Positions 10,415 to 19,370 of a stretch of 64,000 nt of DNA are shown here, one piece after another. Location: NCBI RefSeq assembly GCF_053078305.1, contig NZ_CP166879.1, one strand, 5' to 3'. Each line of letters opens with the position of its first letter. The first letter of the stretch is position 1. A model generated the notes under the pieces. That model ran no database searches and was not told the origin of the DNA. It saw nothing but the letters and a program-made list of their open reading frames with translations. The translations under genes and the position numbers were made by a program.

Positions 10415-11955
10415 AAATACGTTCGCAAGTCGGCATGGTGCTTAACCTCGATAAATGTATCGGCTGCCATACCTGTTCGGTGACCTGTAAAAACGTCTGG
10501 ACCGGACGCGAAGGTATGGAGTACGCATGGTTTAACAACGTCGAAACCAAACCGGGCATTGGTTATCCGAAAAACTGGGAAGATCAGGAAGAGTGGCAAG
10601 GCGGCTGGGTCCGCGATGTGAATGGCAAGATACGCCCGCGTCTGGGCAGCAAGATGGGTGTAATAACCAAAATCTTCGCCAACCCGGTGGTGCCGCAGAT
10701 TGATGATTACTACGAACCTTTCACCTTCGACTACGAACATTTGCATAGCGCACCGGAAGGCAAACATATCCCTACTGCTCGCCCGCGTTCGCTGATTGAC
10801 GGTAAGCGGATGGACAAAGTGATCTGGGGGCCAAACTGGGAAGAACTGCTGGGCGGCGAGTTTGAAAAACGTGCCCGCGACCGCAACTTCGAGGCCATGC
10901 AAAAGGAGATGTACGGGCAGTTTGAAAACACCTTCATGATGTACCTGCCGCGCCTGTGCGAACACTGCCTCAATCCCAGCTGCGTGGCGACCTGCCCAAG
11001 CGGCGCTATCTACAAACGCGAAGAAGACGGTATTGTGCTGATTGATCAGGATAAATGCCGTGGCTGGCGTTTGTGCATTAGCGGTTGTCCGTACAAAAAA
11101 ATCTACTTCAACTGGAAAAGCGGCAAGTCAGAAAAATGCATCTTCTGTTATCCGCGAATTGAGTCAGGCCAACCAACCGTATGCTCAGAAACCTGCGTGG
11201 GTCGAATCCGATATCTGGGCGTGCTGCTTTACGACGCTGACCGCATCGAGGAAGCGGCGAGCACCGAGCGCGAAGTTGACCTCTATGAACGCCAGTGCGA
11301 AGTGTTCCTCGATCCACACGATCCCTCAGTGATCGAGGAAGCCCTGAAACAAGGTATTCCACAAAATGTGATTGACGCTGCCCAGCGTTCGCCTGTCTAC
11401 AAAATGGCGATGGACTGGAAACTGGCGCTACCGTTGCACCCTGAATACCGCACCCTGCCGATGGTCTGGTACGTTCCTCCGCTGTCACCGATTCAGTCTT
11501 ACGCTGATGCGGGCGGTTTGCCGAAAAGCGAAGGCGTGCTCCCCGCCATCGAAAGCCTGCGTATTCCGGTGCAATATCTCGCCAATATGTTGAGTGCCGG
11601 TGATACCGGTCCGGTACTGCGGGCGCTGAAACGGATGATGGCGATGCGCCACTATATGCGTTCACAAACCGTGGAAGGCGTTACTGATACTCGTGCCATC
11701 GACGAAGTTGGCCTGAGCGTCGCCCAGGTCGAAGAAATGTATCGCTATCTCGCCATTGCCAACTATGAAGATCGTTTTGTTATCCCGACCAGCCATCGGG
11801 AAATGGCGGGCGATGCCTTCGCAGAACGCAACGGCTGCGGTTTTACCTTTGGCGACGGTTGCCACGGTTCGGACAGTAAATTCAACCTGTTCAACAGTAG
11901 CCGTATCGATGCCATCAACATCACCGAAGTGCGCGACAAAGCGGAGGGCGAATAA
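10411..11955 (+). CDS. narY: Nitrate reductase 2 beta subunit NarY (4 FeS clusters)
   Basis: 514 aa, cysteine-cluster motifs (CIGCHTCSVTCK, CEHCLNPSCVATCPSGA); start overlaps the narZ stop (ATGA). Confidence 0.93.
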   Translation: MKIRSQVGMVLNLDKCIGCHTCSVTCKNVWTGREGMEYAWFNNVETKPGIGYPKNWEDQEEWQGGWVRDVNGKIRPRLGSKMGVITKIFANPVVPQIDDYYEPFTFDYEHLHSAPEGKHIPTARPRSLIDGKRMDKVIWGPNWEELLGGEFEKRARDRNFEAMQKEMYGQFENTFMMYLPRLCEHCLNPSCVATCPSGAIYKREEDGIVLIDQDKCRGWRLCISGCPYKKIYFNWKSGKSEKCIFCYPRIESGQPTVCSETCVGRIRYLGVLLYDADRIEEAASTEREVDLYERQCEVFLDPHDPSVIEEALKQGIPQNVIDAAQRSPVYKMAMDWKLALPLHPEYRTLPMVWYVPPLSPIQSYADAGGLPKSEGVLPAIESLRIPVQYLANMLSAGDTGPVLRALKRMMAMRHYMRSQTVEGVTDTRAIDEVGLSVAQVEEMYRYLAIANYEDRFVIPTSHREMAGDAFAERNGCGFTFGDGCHGSDSKFNLFNSSRIDAINITEVRDKAEGE

Positions 11956-12650
11956 TGCAGATCCTCAAAGTGATCGGCCTGTTGATGGAGTATCCGGACG
12001 AGCTGTTGTGGGAATGCAAGGAGGACGCGCTGGCGTTGATCCGCCGCGACGCGCCGATGCTTACGGATTTCACCCACAACCTGCTTAACGCGCCGCTGCT
12101 GGATAAACAGGCCGAATGGTGCGAAGTGTTTGACCGCGGGCGCACCACGTCGCTGCTGCTGTTCGAACATGTTCATGCCGAGTCCCGCGATCGCGGCCAG
12201 GCAATGGTGGACCTGCTGGCGGAGTATGAAAAGGTCGGCCTGCAGCTGGATTGTCGGGAACTGCCCGATTATCTACCGCTGTATCTGGAGTATTTAAGCG
12301 TACTGCCTGACGATCAGGCGAAAGAAGGATTGCTCAATGTTGCGCCGATCCTCGCCCTGCTTGGCGGACGCTTAAAACAACGCGAGGCACCCTGGTCTTC
12401 GTTGTTTGACGCCCTGCTGCAACTGGCAGGAAGCTCCCTTTCAAGTGACAGTGTCACAAAACAGATTCGCAGTGAGGAGCGTGATGAGCCCCCCCAGGCG
12501 CTGGATGCGGTGTGGGAAGAGGAACAGGTGAAGTTTATTGAAGATAACGCCACGGCGTGTGACAGCTCGCCGCTTAATCAATATCAGCGACGCTTTAGCC
12601 AGGATGTCGCGCCGCAATATGTCGACATCAGTGCGGGAGGTGGGAAATGA
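11955..12650 (+). CDS. narW: Nitrate reductase 2 assembly chaperone NarW
   Basis: 231 aa NarJ-family protein; start overlaps the narY stop. Confidence 0.9.
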   Translation: MQILKVIGLLMEYPDELLWECKEDALALIRRDAPMLTDFTHNLLNAPLLDKQAEWCEVFDRGRTTSLLLFEHVHAESRDRGQAMVDLLAEYEKVGLQLDCRELPDYLPLYLEYLSVLPDDQAKEGLLNVAPILALLGGRLKQREAPWSSLFDALLQLAGSSLSSDSVTKQIRSEERDEPPQALDAVWEEEQVKFIEDNATACDSSPLNQYQRRFSQDVAPQYVDISAGGGK

Positions 12651-13327
12651 TTCAGTATCTGAACGTCTTTTTTTACGATATCTACCCGTACATTTGTGCG
12701 ACGGTGTTTTTCCTCGGCAGCTGGCTGCGCTACGACTATGGCCAGTACACCTGGCGCGCCTCCTCAAGTCAAATGCTCGATAAACGCGGGATGGTGATAT
12801 GGTCGAATCTGTTCCATATCGGCATTTTGGGGATCTTCTTCGGGCACCTGTTCGGCATGTTAACGCCGCACTGGATGTACGCGTGGTTTTTGCCAGTGGC
12901 AGCGAAACAACTAATGGCGATGGTGCTCGGCGGTATTTGCGGTGTGTTGACGTTGATTGGCGGCGCAGGACTGCTGTGGCGCAGGCTGACAAATCAGCGC
13001 GTGCGTGCCACTTCCACTACGCCGGATATCATCATCATGAGCATTTTGCTGGTCCAGTGTCTGTTGGGGCTAAGCACCATACCGTTTTCAGCACAGTATC
13101 CTGATGGTAGCGAAATGTTGAAGCTGGTGGGTTGGGCGCAAAGCATTGTCACTTTCCGTGGTGGATCGTCAGAGATGCTTAACGGTGTAGCGTTCGTCTT
13201 CCGCCTGCATCTGGTGTTGGGAATGACCATCTTCCTGCTCTTCCCGTTCACTAGACTGGTGCATGTGTGGAGCGCCCCGTTTGAGTACTTTACTCGTCGG
13301 TATCAGATTGTGCGCTCGCGGCGATAA
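12647..13327 (+). CDS. narV: Nitrate reductase 2 gamma subunit NarV (membrane cytochrome b)
   Basis: 226 aa multi-TM protein; start overlaps the narW stop. Confidence 0.9.
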   Translation: MIQYLNVFFYDIYPYICATVFFLGSWLRYDYGQYTWRASSSQMLDKRGMVIWSNLFHIGILGIFFGHLFGMLTPHWMYAWFLPVAAKQLMAMVLGGICGVLTLIGGAGLLWRRLTNQRVRATSTTPDIIIMSILLVQCLLGLSTIPFSAQYPDGSEMLKLVGWAQSIVTFRGGSSEMLNGVAFVFRLHLVLGMTIFLLFPFTRLVHVWSAPFEYFTRRYQIVRSRR

Positions 13328-13344
13328 TTCTGCTTTTCAAAACC

Positions 13345-13382
13345 GCCTGTTTTTCTTGTCATGTGTTGTCAGAAAAACAGGC
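13345..13382. terminator. Inverted repeat (12-bp arms gcctgtttttct / agaaaaacaggc) between convergent narV and the 403-aa gene; possible bidirectional terminator
   Basis: Perfect 12-bp arms with a 14-nt loop, flanked by T/A runs. Confidence 0.45.
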
Positions 13383-13391
13383 TTTTCAACC

Positions 13392-14603
13392 TTAATGATT
13401 ATCTTCAAACTCTTCCAAAACATATTGAGCATGAAATTGAATACAGGGCCAGGATGAAACTAAACCAGCGCGAGCAGTGGGTACTTCATTGGCGGTGATG
13501 GTGCAAAACCCTCTTCCTGGTGCCATTTCTTTTGCTATGGCTTCAACCAGCTCTGGATGATGACTAAGGACAAACTCTAACGGGGTGTAATCTAAGGGTA
13601 AATGACGTCCGTGGTCCCGAAATGCCAGATATGGAGCTGTTACTCCACGAAGCAAAATTTCTACAGGGAGCTGGGAAATGCGTTCTACCAATAAATTCAT
13701 ATGCCCAAGCCGCGCTATAGCCGCTGCAGCCCAACAGCGGTTACTCCCATCGGCTGTTTGATCGTCCAGCAGGCTTGTCAAAACAGCAATCACATCCTCA
13801 TTAGATTCATTAATTTCTGCAATCAATTTACAGGCATTCCATGCTTTGTCTGCATTTTTAACTTCTTGCAGCAAAGCAGGTAACGCCAGTTGACCTAGTT
13901 GTTTGAGTAATACTTCGTAATCGTCTAAAAGTAGACCCGGCGTTTTTCTGCCAAATATTTGCGCGATTAATTCTGCTATCCGTGCTTGTGAAGGCAAACT
14001 TTTCAGATATTGCCTCTCCTGTTCAGCCTGAGAATATTGAGGAAAATATTGCAATATTTGTTTTTTTGTCAGACTTAACGGGATCAACTCACCAACCTCA
14101 TCAGAGGCTATGGCGATAAAGTTTTTCTCCACTACCCCTTCACGTAAGAGTTGTAGTCGTGCTTTTTTGGCTGCTTTCGGAAAAACACGCAGGAATTGCG
14201 CGTACACCTCATACCAGGCATCAAATGTTCCATTAATAGCAGCGAACTCATGGCATTCATTAGCCCATTGTTCGCATTCTTCGTTAGGTTCATCATTGTA
14301 CTTATGGTCCGCAGGCGACCAGCGTAAGTCCTGTGTGAGTTTTTCTACGTTTTGTGTAAATCCATTTTTCTGATAAGCAGTAACAATAGAGGCCAGGCTT
14401 TCCTCAGTGCCAACTGCCAGACAAGGCCAGTCAATGATGTCCCCATCCCCATAAAAACAATGAAACATGGCACCATAGATATGTTGGCATGGGTGTTCCT
14501 GATGTATATGTTTAACGGAAGCTACCATGTAATTAATGGCAGCCGTTTCCATCCCTTTCCAGTCAAATTGTACTTGCTTCATAAAGCGGTCCGTGTAAGG
14601 CAA
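13392..14603 (-). CDS. Hypothetical protein, 403 aa, cytoplasmic, function unknown; low-GC gene inserted between narV and yddE
   Basis: Long clean ORF with no signal peptide or TM segments; about 45% GC versus roughly 52% for the flanks; I do not recall a gene at this position in K-12. Confidence 0.6.
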   Translation of the reverse strand: MPYTDRFMKQVQFDWKGMETAAINYMVASVKHIHQEHPCQHIYGAMFHCFYGDGDIIDWPCLAVGTEESLASIVTAYQKNGFTQNVEKLTQDLRWSPADHKYNDEPNEECEQWANECHEFAAINGTFDAWYEVYAQFLRVFPKAAKKARLQLLREGVVEKNFIAIASDEVGELIPLSLTKKQILQYFPQYSQAEQERQYLKSLPSQARIAELIAQIFGRKTPGLLLDDYEVLLKQLGQLALPALLQEVKNADKAWNACKLIAEINESNEDVIAVLTSLLDDQTADGSNRCWAAAAIARLGHMNLLVERISQLPVEILLRGVTAPYLAFRDHGRHLPLDYTPLEFVLSHHPELVEAIAKEMAPGRGFCTITANEVPTARAGLVSSWPCIQFHAQYVLEEFEDNH

Positions 14604-14718
14604 TATAGAGAGTTAACCATTTTATCCTGATAGTTATTTCAACATGACTTGCCAAGGATTAATTCAGAAAAGTGCCCTAAACAGGCTATGATAGTTCTCC
14701 AGTCACAGGAGAACGTTA

Positions 14719-15612
14719 ATGAAACCGCAGGTTTACCACGTCGATGCTTTTACCTCTCAACCATTTCGCGGCAATTCTGCCGGTGTTGTTTTCCCCGCCG
14801 ATAATCTTAGCGAAGCGCAAATGCAGCTTATCGCCCGCGAATTAGGTCATTCGGAAACTGCTTTTCTGCTGCACAGCGACGACAGCGATGTGCGCATCCG
14901 CTACTTTACGCCAACGGTTGAAGTTCCGATTTGTGGTCACGCGACAGTAGCTGCGCACTATGTACGTGCGAAGGTGTTAGGTTTAGGAAATTGCACGGTC
15001 TGGCAAACATCGCTGGCAGGAAAACATCGCGTGACTATCGAAAAGCACCACGATGATTATCGTATTTCGCTGGAACAAGGTACGCCGGGCTTTGAGCCAC
15101 CGCTGGAAGATGAAACACGTGCGGCGATTATCAACGCGCTTCATCTCACTGAGGACGATATTCTGCCAGGCTTGCCAATTCAGGTGGCAACAACAGGACA
15201 CTCAAAAGTGATGATCCCGTTGAAACCAGAAGTGGATATCGACGCCCTTTCGCCTGATCTTGCTGCGCTGAGCGCTATCAGCAAACAGATTGGCTGCAAT
15301 GGTTTCTTCCCGTTCCAGATCCGCCCAGGCAAAAACGAAACCGATGGTCGCATGTTCTCGCCTGCGATTGGTATTGTGGAAGATCCGGTGACTGGCAATG
15401 CCAATGGCCCGATGGGTGCATGGTTGGTACATCACAACGTATTGCCCCACGATGGCAAGGTGCTGCGTGTTAAAGGCCATCAGGGGCGCGCATTGGGGCG
15501 TGACGGCGTGATTGAAGTGACGGTGACAATTCGTGATAACCAACCGGAAAAAGTCACCATTTCTGGCGCGGCGGTGATTTTGTTTCATGCCGAATGGGCA
15601 ATTAAACTCTGA
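14719..15612 (+). CDS. yddE: PhzF-family isomerase-like protein YddE
   Basis: 297 aa, begins MKPQVYHVDAFTSQPFRGNSAGVVF (PhzF/DapF fold signature). Confidence 0.9.
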   Translation: MKPQVYHVDAFTSQPFRGNSAGVVFPADNLSEAQMQLIARELGHSETAFLLHSDDSDVRIRYFTPTVEVPICGHATVAAHYVRAKVLGLGNCTVWQTSLAGKHRVTIEKHHDDYRISLEQGTPGFEPPLEDETRAAIINALHLTEDDILPGLPIQVATTGHSKVMIPLKPEVDIDALSPDLAALSAISKQIGCNGFFPFQIRPGKNETDGRMFSPAIGIVEDPVTGNANGPMGAWLVHHNVLPHDGKVLRVKGHQGRALGRDGVIEVTVTIRDNQPEKVTISGAAVILFHAEWAIKL

Positions 15613-15614
15613 AA

Positions 15615-15705
15615 CCGTTGCCTGATGCGCTTCGCTTATCAGGTCTACAACCGAGCTAATGTATGCCGGATAAGGCGTTTACGCCGCATCCGGCAACCTG
15701 ACATA
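15615..15705. repeat. REP/BIME palindromic units between yddE and nhoA
   Basis: gcctgatgcgcttcgcttatcaggtctac and tgccggataaggcgtttacgccgcatccggca match REP consensus. Confidence 0.7.
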
Positions 15706-15707
15706 AA

Positions 15708-16553
15708 TTATTTTCCCGCCTCCGGGTGCGTATCAAACGCCGCCATCACCAGCGCTAACTCATCCACAGTAAAGCCATGTTTCGCATCATCCACGCCCAG
15801 ACCAAACTGTTCTTGCATCACAGCATATAACGACGCCACATCCGGTAGATTTCGCTGCTCCACCGCGTGCTCATTTTCATAATGGGTAAAATGAAAATTG
15901 GTCAGTGTCAGCTTGCCGCCGTCCGGTAAATGGCGGCACATCAGCAAATGATGGCGAAAATGCGACTGCGGCCAGTGCGCCGACCAGAAATTGCCCATCA
16001 CATAATCGCTTTGTTGCTGCTCGCAGAGATCAAAACGGTACATCGACTGCCAGTGCTGATGATGATTAAACTGCAACACCCAATCATCACCCTCCTGTAA
16101 CAACCGATACTCTCCGTGTGGCGTGATCTGCACGAGATCGGGAACTAAACGAATCGGCGCGGTTAGCGTCTGTCCACCGAAACCGACATCAGCAATCCAT
16201 TTTTCCCCTTCCAGTTCCACCAACAACAAACGATGGGTGCGCGGCGGTAATGCTGGCGGATTTGATAACACTACGCGCCCTAACAAGCTGCGAACGTTAA
16301 ACCCCAGCTCGCGTAACACCCGCTCAAACACGCCATTCTGCTCAAAACAGTAACCACCACGACGGGCTGTCACCAGTTTCTCTTCCAGCGATTGATCATC
16401 AAGCTGTATTTCCCTCGGCAGCAAAACGTCGAGGTTTTCAAACGGAATGGTGCAATTGTGTTTCAGGTGCAATGCACGAAGCGTATCAATATTGACCGCA
16501 GCAGCTCCCGACCAGTTAATACGGGCAAAATAGTGATTCAGAATGGGCGTCAT
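15708..16553 (-). CDS. nhoA: Arylamine N-acetyltransferase / N-hydroxyarylamine O-acetyltransferase NhoA
   Basis: 281 aa; NAT-family N-terminus MTPILNHYFARINWSG ... catalytic Cys context GGYCFEQN. Confidence 0.9.
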   Translation of the reverse strand: MTPILNHYFARINWSGAAAVNIDTLRALHLKHNCTIPFENLDVLLPREIQLDDQSLEEKLVTARRGGYCFEQNGVFERVLRELGFNVRSLLGRVVLSNPPALPPRTHRLLLVELEGEKWIADVGFGGQTLTAPIRLVPDLVQITPHGEYRLLQEGDDWVLQFNHHQHWQSMYRFDLCEQQQSDYVMGNFWSAHWPQSHFRHHLLMCRHLPDGGKLTLTNFHFTHYENEHAVEQRNLPDVASLYAVMQEQFGLGVDDAKHGFTVDELALVMAAFDTHPEAGK

Positions 16554-16725
16554 CAGGCGTTTCCCTTAGTGGTTTTCTCAACTTATAACCTGGAATAGAC
16601 GCCGCACCGGCTATTTTGTGCGATCGCGGACATGCATCACGTTCGCAAATCGCCAATCCCGTTAATTTCGTTACTTATTGCGTTACGGACTACGCTTAAA
16701 AAAACCTTCTTCGCGAGGCGATACC

Positions 16726-17295
16726 ATGAGCCGATTCATCCCCATAGAATTACACCATGCCAGCCGTCTGTTAAATCATGGCCCAACTGTCTTGATCACC
16801 AGTTTCGATGAGCAATCCCAGCGGCGTAACATTATGGCTGCAGCCTGGTCAATGCCGGTGGAGTTTGAACCTCCACGCGTGGCGATTGTGGTAGATAAAT
16901 CGACATGGACCAGGGAGTTGATTGAACATAACGGTAAATTTGGCATCGTTATCCCGGGCGTTGCAGCAACTAACTGGACGTGGGCAGTGGGAAGTGTGTC
17001 GGGGCGTGAAGAAGATAAATTTAATTGCTATGGCATTCCGGTTGTGAGAGGCCCGGTATTTGGTTTGCCTCTGGTCGAGGAAAAATGTCTGGCGTGGATG
17101 GAGTGTCGCCTGCTACCTGCGACTTCTGCGCAAGAACAATACGACACACTGTTTGGCGAGGTAGTATCAGCAGCGGCAGACGCACGGGTATTTGTCGAAG
17201 GCCGCTGGCAGTTTGATGATGATAAGCTCAATACGTTGCATCATTTAGGTGCTGGCACGTTTGTTACTAGCGGCAAGCGTGTTACGGCGGGTTAA
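16726..17295 (+). CDS. yddH: Flavin reductase-like protein YddH
   Basis: Begins MSRFIPIELHHASRLLNHGPTVLITS; 189 aa; ORF track starts upstream at 16678. Confidence 0.85.
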   Translation: MSRFIPIELHHASRLLNHGPTVLITSFDEQSQRRNIMAAAWSMPVEFEPPRVAIVVDKSTWTRELIEHNGKFGIVIPGVAATNWTWAVGSVSGREEDKFNCYGIPVVRGPVFGLPLVEEKCLAWMECRLLPATSAQEQYDTLFGEVVSAAADARVFVEGRWQFDDDKLNTLHHLGAGTFVTSGKRVTAG

Positions 17296-17298
17296 GCA

Positions 17299-17526
17299 TT
17301 ACATGCTGTAACCAGGTTTCTTTATCAAAGCCTCCATTTGGGGCGCGATTTCGGCATCCCAGATAGCTTGCCATGATTCTGGTTGAATCTGCTGTAGAGA
17401 AATGCTTATCGAGCTATCTTTACTGTTCAGATGGCGAATAATAACGTCGGTAATATCTGCAGCAAGTGCTGCTTTTTGTTGTTCGTCCAGTTCACGCGGA
17501 AAACATTTAATGTCGATGTGCGGCAT
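17299..17526 (-). CDS. pptA: Tautomerase PptA (4-oxalocrotonate tautomerase family)
   Basis: Begins [33 protein letters not shown] (N-terminal Pro after Met); about 75 aa. Confidence 0.85.
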   Translation of the reverse strand: MPHIDIKCFPRELDEQQKAALAADITDVIIRHLNSKDSSISISLQQIQPESWQAIWDAEIAPQMEALIKKPGYSM

Positions 17527-17606
17527 GATTGTGCTCCTTTTGAAAGATGTCAGTAAAATTAACACACATTGTGAATGTCGTATGTCCGGTGATGCGTTTT
17601 TACGAC

Positions 17607-18594
17607 AATAATGCCAGGGCAAGATTACGAAAGCCTTCTCCCCGCAAGGACTGACGCCAGGTAGTTTCTGTCCATGGCTGCTTTTCGCATCTTACGTCTT
17701 AACCCTGCCTTGAATACCTTATCATTCGTCAAAATATTAATAGCAATGTGCCGTATCCCTGAAAATAATTCTGCTGCATTTCCTCTTCTTATTTTGCAGT
17801 CGTCTTCATTCATTACCACGTCCAGACGCCAGTGCAGCTTATTCTCCACGTGCCAGTGGTTTCGGATTGCTGTGGCGAACTTCTCTGCGGTTAAATCAGC
17901 AGAACTGATATAATATCTGACCGTCATTTCTGGCTCTTTCTTTTGTTCTGCTATTATTGAGCGAAATGAGACTGCCATGCATAATTTCTTCAGCCCTTTC
18001 CATTCAAACGTGAAATCAATAAGTTCATCAGGGATATCGCAGACAATATGGAGACGGATTTTAATGACATGAATCGCTCCCCTGCGGCGACTCTTGTCAT
18101 AAGAGTGCCGGAGCGTTTTTCCATCAATTGCAATGACGTCTTTATCATCTGAAGAATGGCAGTCACGCATCCAGTTAATAAAGCACTCGTGAAATTTTGC
18201 AGGACTGATACAGGATACAACTCTGGCAATGGTATCGTGAACAGGAATACCATTTTCAAAATCACCATATTGCTTCAAAAAATCGAGATGTGTTTCCCCA
18301 AAATCCTCTATATCTTCCCAACCTTCTGCACCAGAAACAACGGCACAAATAATCAACAGTAGAATATCCGATAATTTATGTTCCACTTTCCAGGCTTGTC
18401 TGTAATCGGGGATAATAGAAATATGTTCCATCAATTTTTTAAGTTCCATTTTGTTTCCTTAATTATGTAAGGAGTATTTGATCATGTATAAGCAATAAAA
18501 AACAGCTTTAGGTAATGAGGAACATATCAATTTTTAAACATAAAATGCGAATTATTTAGTACAAAAAGTGTACTTCCGATGATCTTTCCCTGCC
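17607..18594 (-). mobile_element. H-repeat (ISAs1-family) element, copy A, with internally deleted transposase
   Basis: Ends defined by where similarity to copy B (24395–25377) and to the remnant at 30421–30577 starts and stops. Confidence 0.6.
17625..18449 (-). CDS. H-repeat-associated protein / ISAs1-family transposase with an in-frame internal deletion (274 aa instead of about 378 aa)
   Basis: [32 protein letters not shown] ... matches the H-rpt protein (YdcC-like); about 100 central residues are missing between ...AIHVIK and IRLHIVCD... Confidence 0.8.
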   Translation of the reverse strand: MELKKLMEHISIIPDYRQAWKVEHKLSDILLLIICAVVSGAEGWEDIEDFGETHLDFLKQYGDFENGIPVHDTIARVVSCISPAKFHECFINWMRDCHSSDDKDVIAIDGKTLRHSYDKSRRRGAIHVIKIRLHIVCDIPDELIDFTFEWKGLKKLCMAVSFRSIIAEQKKEPEMTVRYYISSADLTAEKFATAIRNHWHVENKLHWRLDVVMNEDDCKIRRGNAAELFSGIRHIAINILTNDKVFKAGLRRKMRKAAMDRNYLASVLAGRRLS

Positions 18595-18862
18595 ATTAAA
18601 TAATGTCTTATTTGACCTTGCCAACATACAACAAAATAATTGAAATATATTCAAAATTAATTTAAACATTCATCAGGCGTCCTTTTCTAAAAAACCTAAT
18701 CATTTAATGGTTAAATTACAATCAAACAAACAAAGTAAACTGGAATTATAGTTGTGGTGCACTTCACGATTTTAGCATTCTTGCTCCTACATTTATACTC
18801 TCTGCCGCGGAAATTTGTTCTCGAAACTTAACTAAACCCAATCAATCATCCTTGCCTTATCG

Positions 18863-19366
18863 TTACTTGAATTTATCAAGACATTTATCATTGCTGACAC
18901 TTTCAATATTTATATGATATACAGTTCCTGTGTTTGAGATATATACTTCCTTAAGCTTATCAGTTTTACTCTCATTATTATAAAAGTAGCCCCCGATAAT
19001 TTTATTCTTCTTTGATATATAAGTGACAGTGTCAGTATGAACTCCACCATTTATTGTCATAATGAATGAGGCATCCAAGTTCATCGTACTTTCCCCCTTA
19101 AAATATATTTTACCATTAGAAATCACTTTGGTCTCAGAAACACCGTTAGGCTCGTCATTACTAATTAATATAAGTAAATCTACCATTTCGGATTTTTTAT
19201 CTCTTTCTTTATAACCACCAATATCATCCAGGATATTATTTGACACTTTTCCACAAAGCATCACTGAGTAATTATTCAAATTTTTGAGTTGAGAGCACTT
19301 TGCCACAAAAGAGAATGAAATAAATATCAAACCTACCGAAATGATTATTGTTTTTTTAAAATTCAT
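18863..19366 (-). CDS. Putative immunity protein for the upstream effector; secreted/periplasmic (signal peptide)
   Basis: 167 aa, hydrophobic N-terminal signal sequence, AT-rich; starts 4 nt after the effector stop. Confidence 0.55.
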   Translation of the reverse strand: MNFKKTIIISVGLIFISFSFVAKCSQLKNLNNYSVMLCGKVSNNILDDIGGYKERDKKSEMVDLLILISNDEPNGVSETKVISNGKIYFKGESTMNLDASFIMTINGGVHTDTVTYISKKNKIIGGYFYNNESKTDKLKEVYISNTGTVYHINIESVSNDKCLDKFK

Positions 19367-19370
19367 TGTT

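Noticed and set aside
6566-13104. Numerous 60–190-aa ORFs on the opposite strand or in alternate frames inside narZ, narY, narW and narV
   Set aside because: They lie entirely within long, well-supported coding sequences, lack ribosome-binding sites, and have the skewed composition typical of antisense frames of GC-rich genes.
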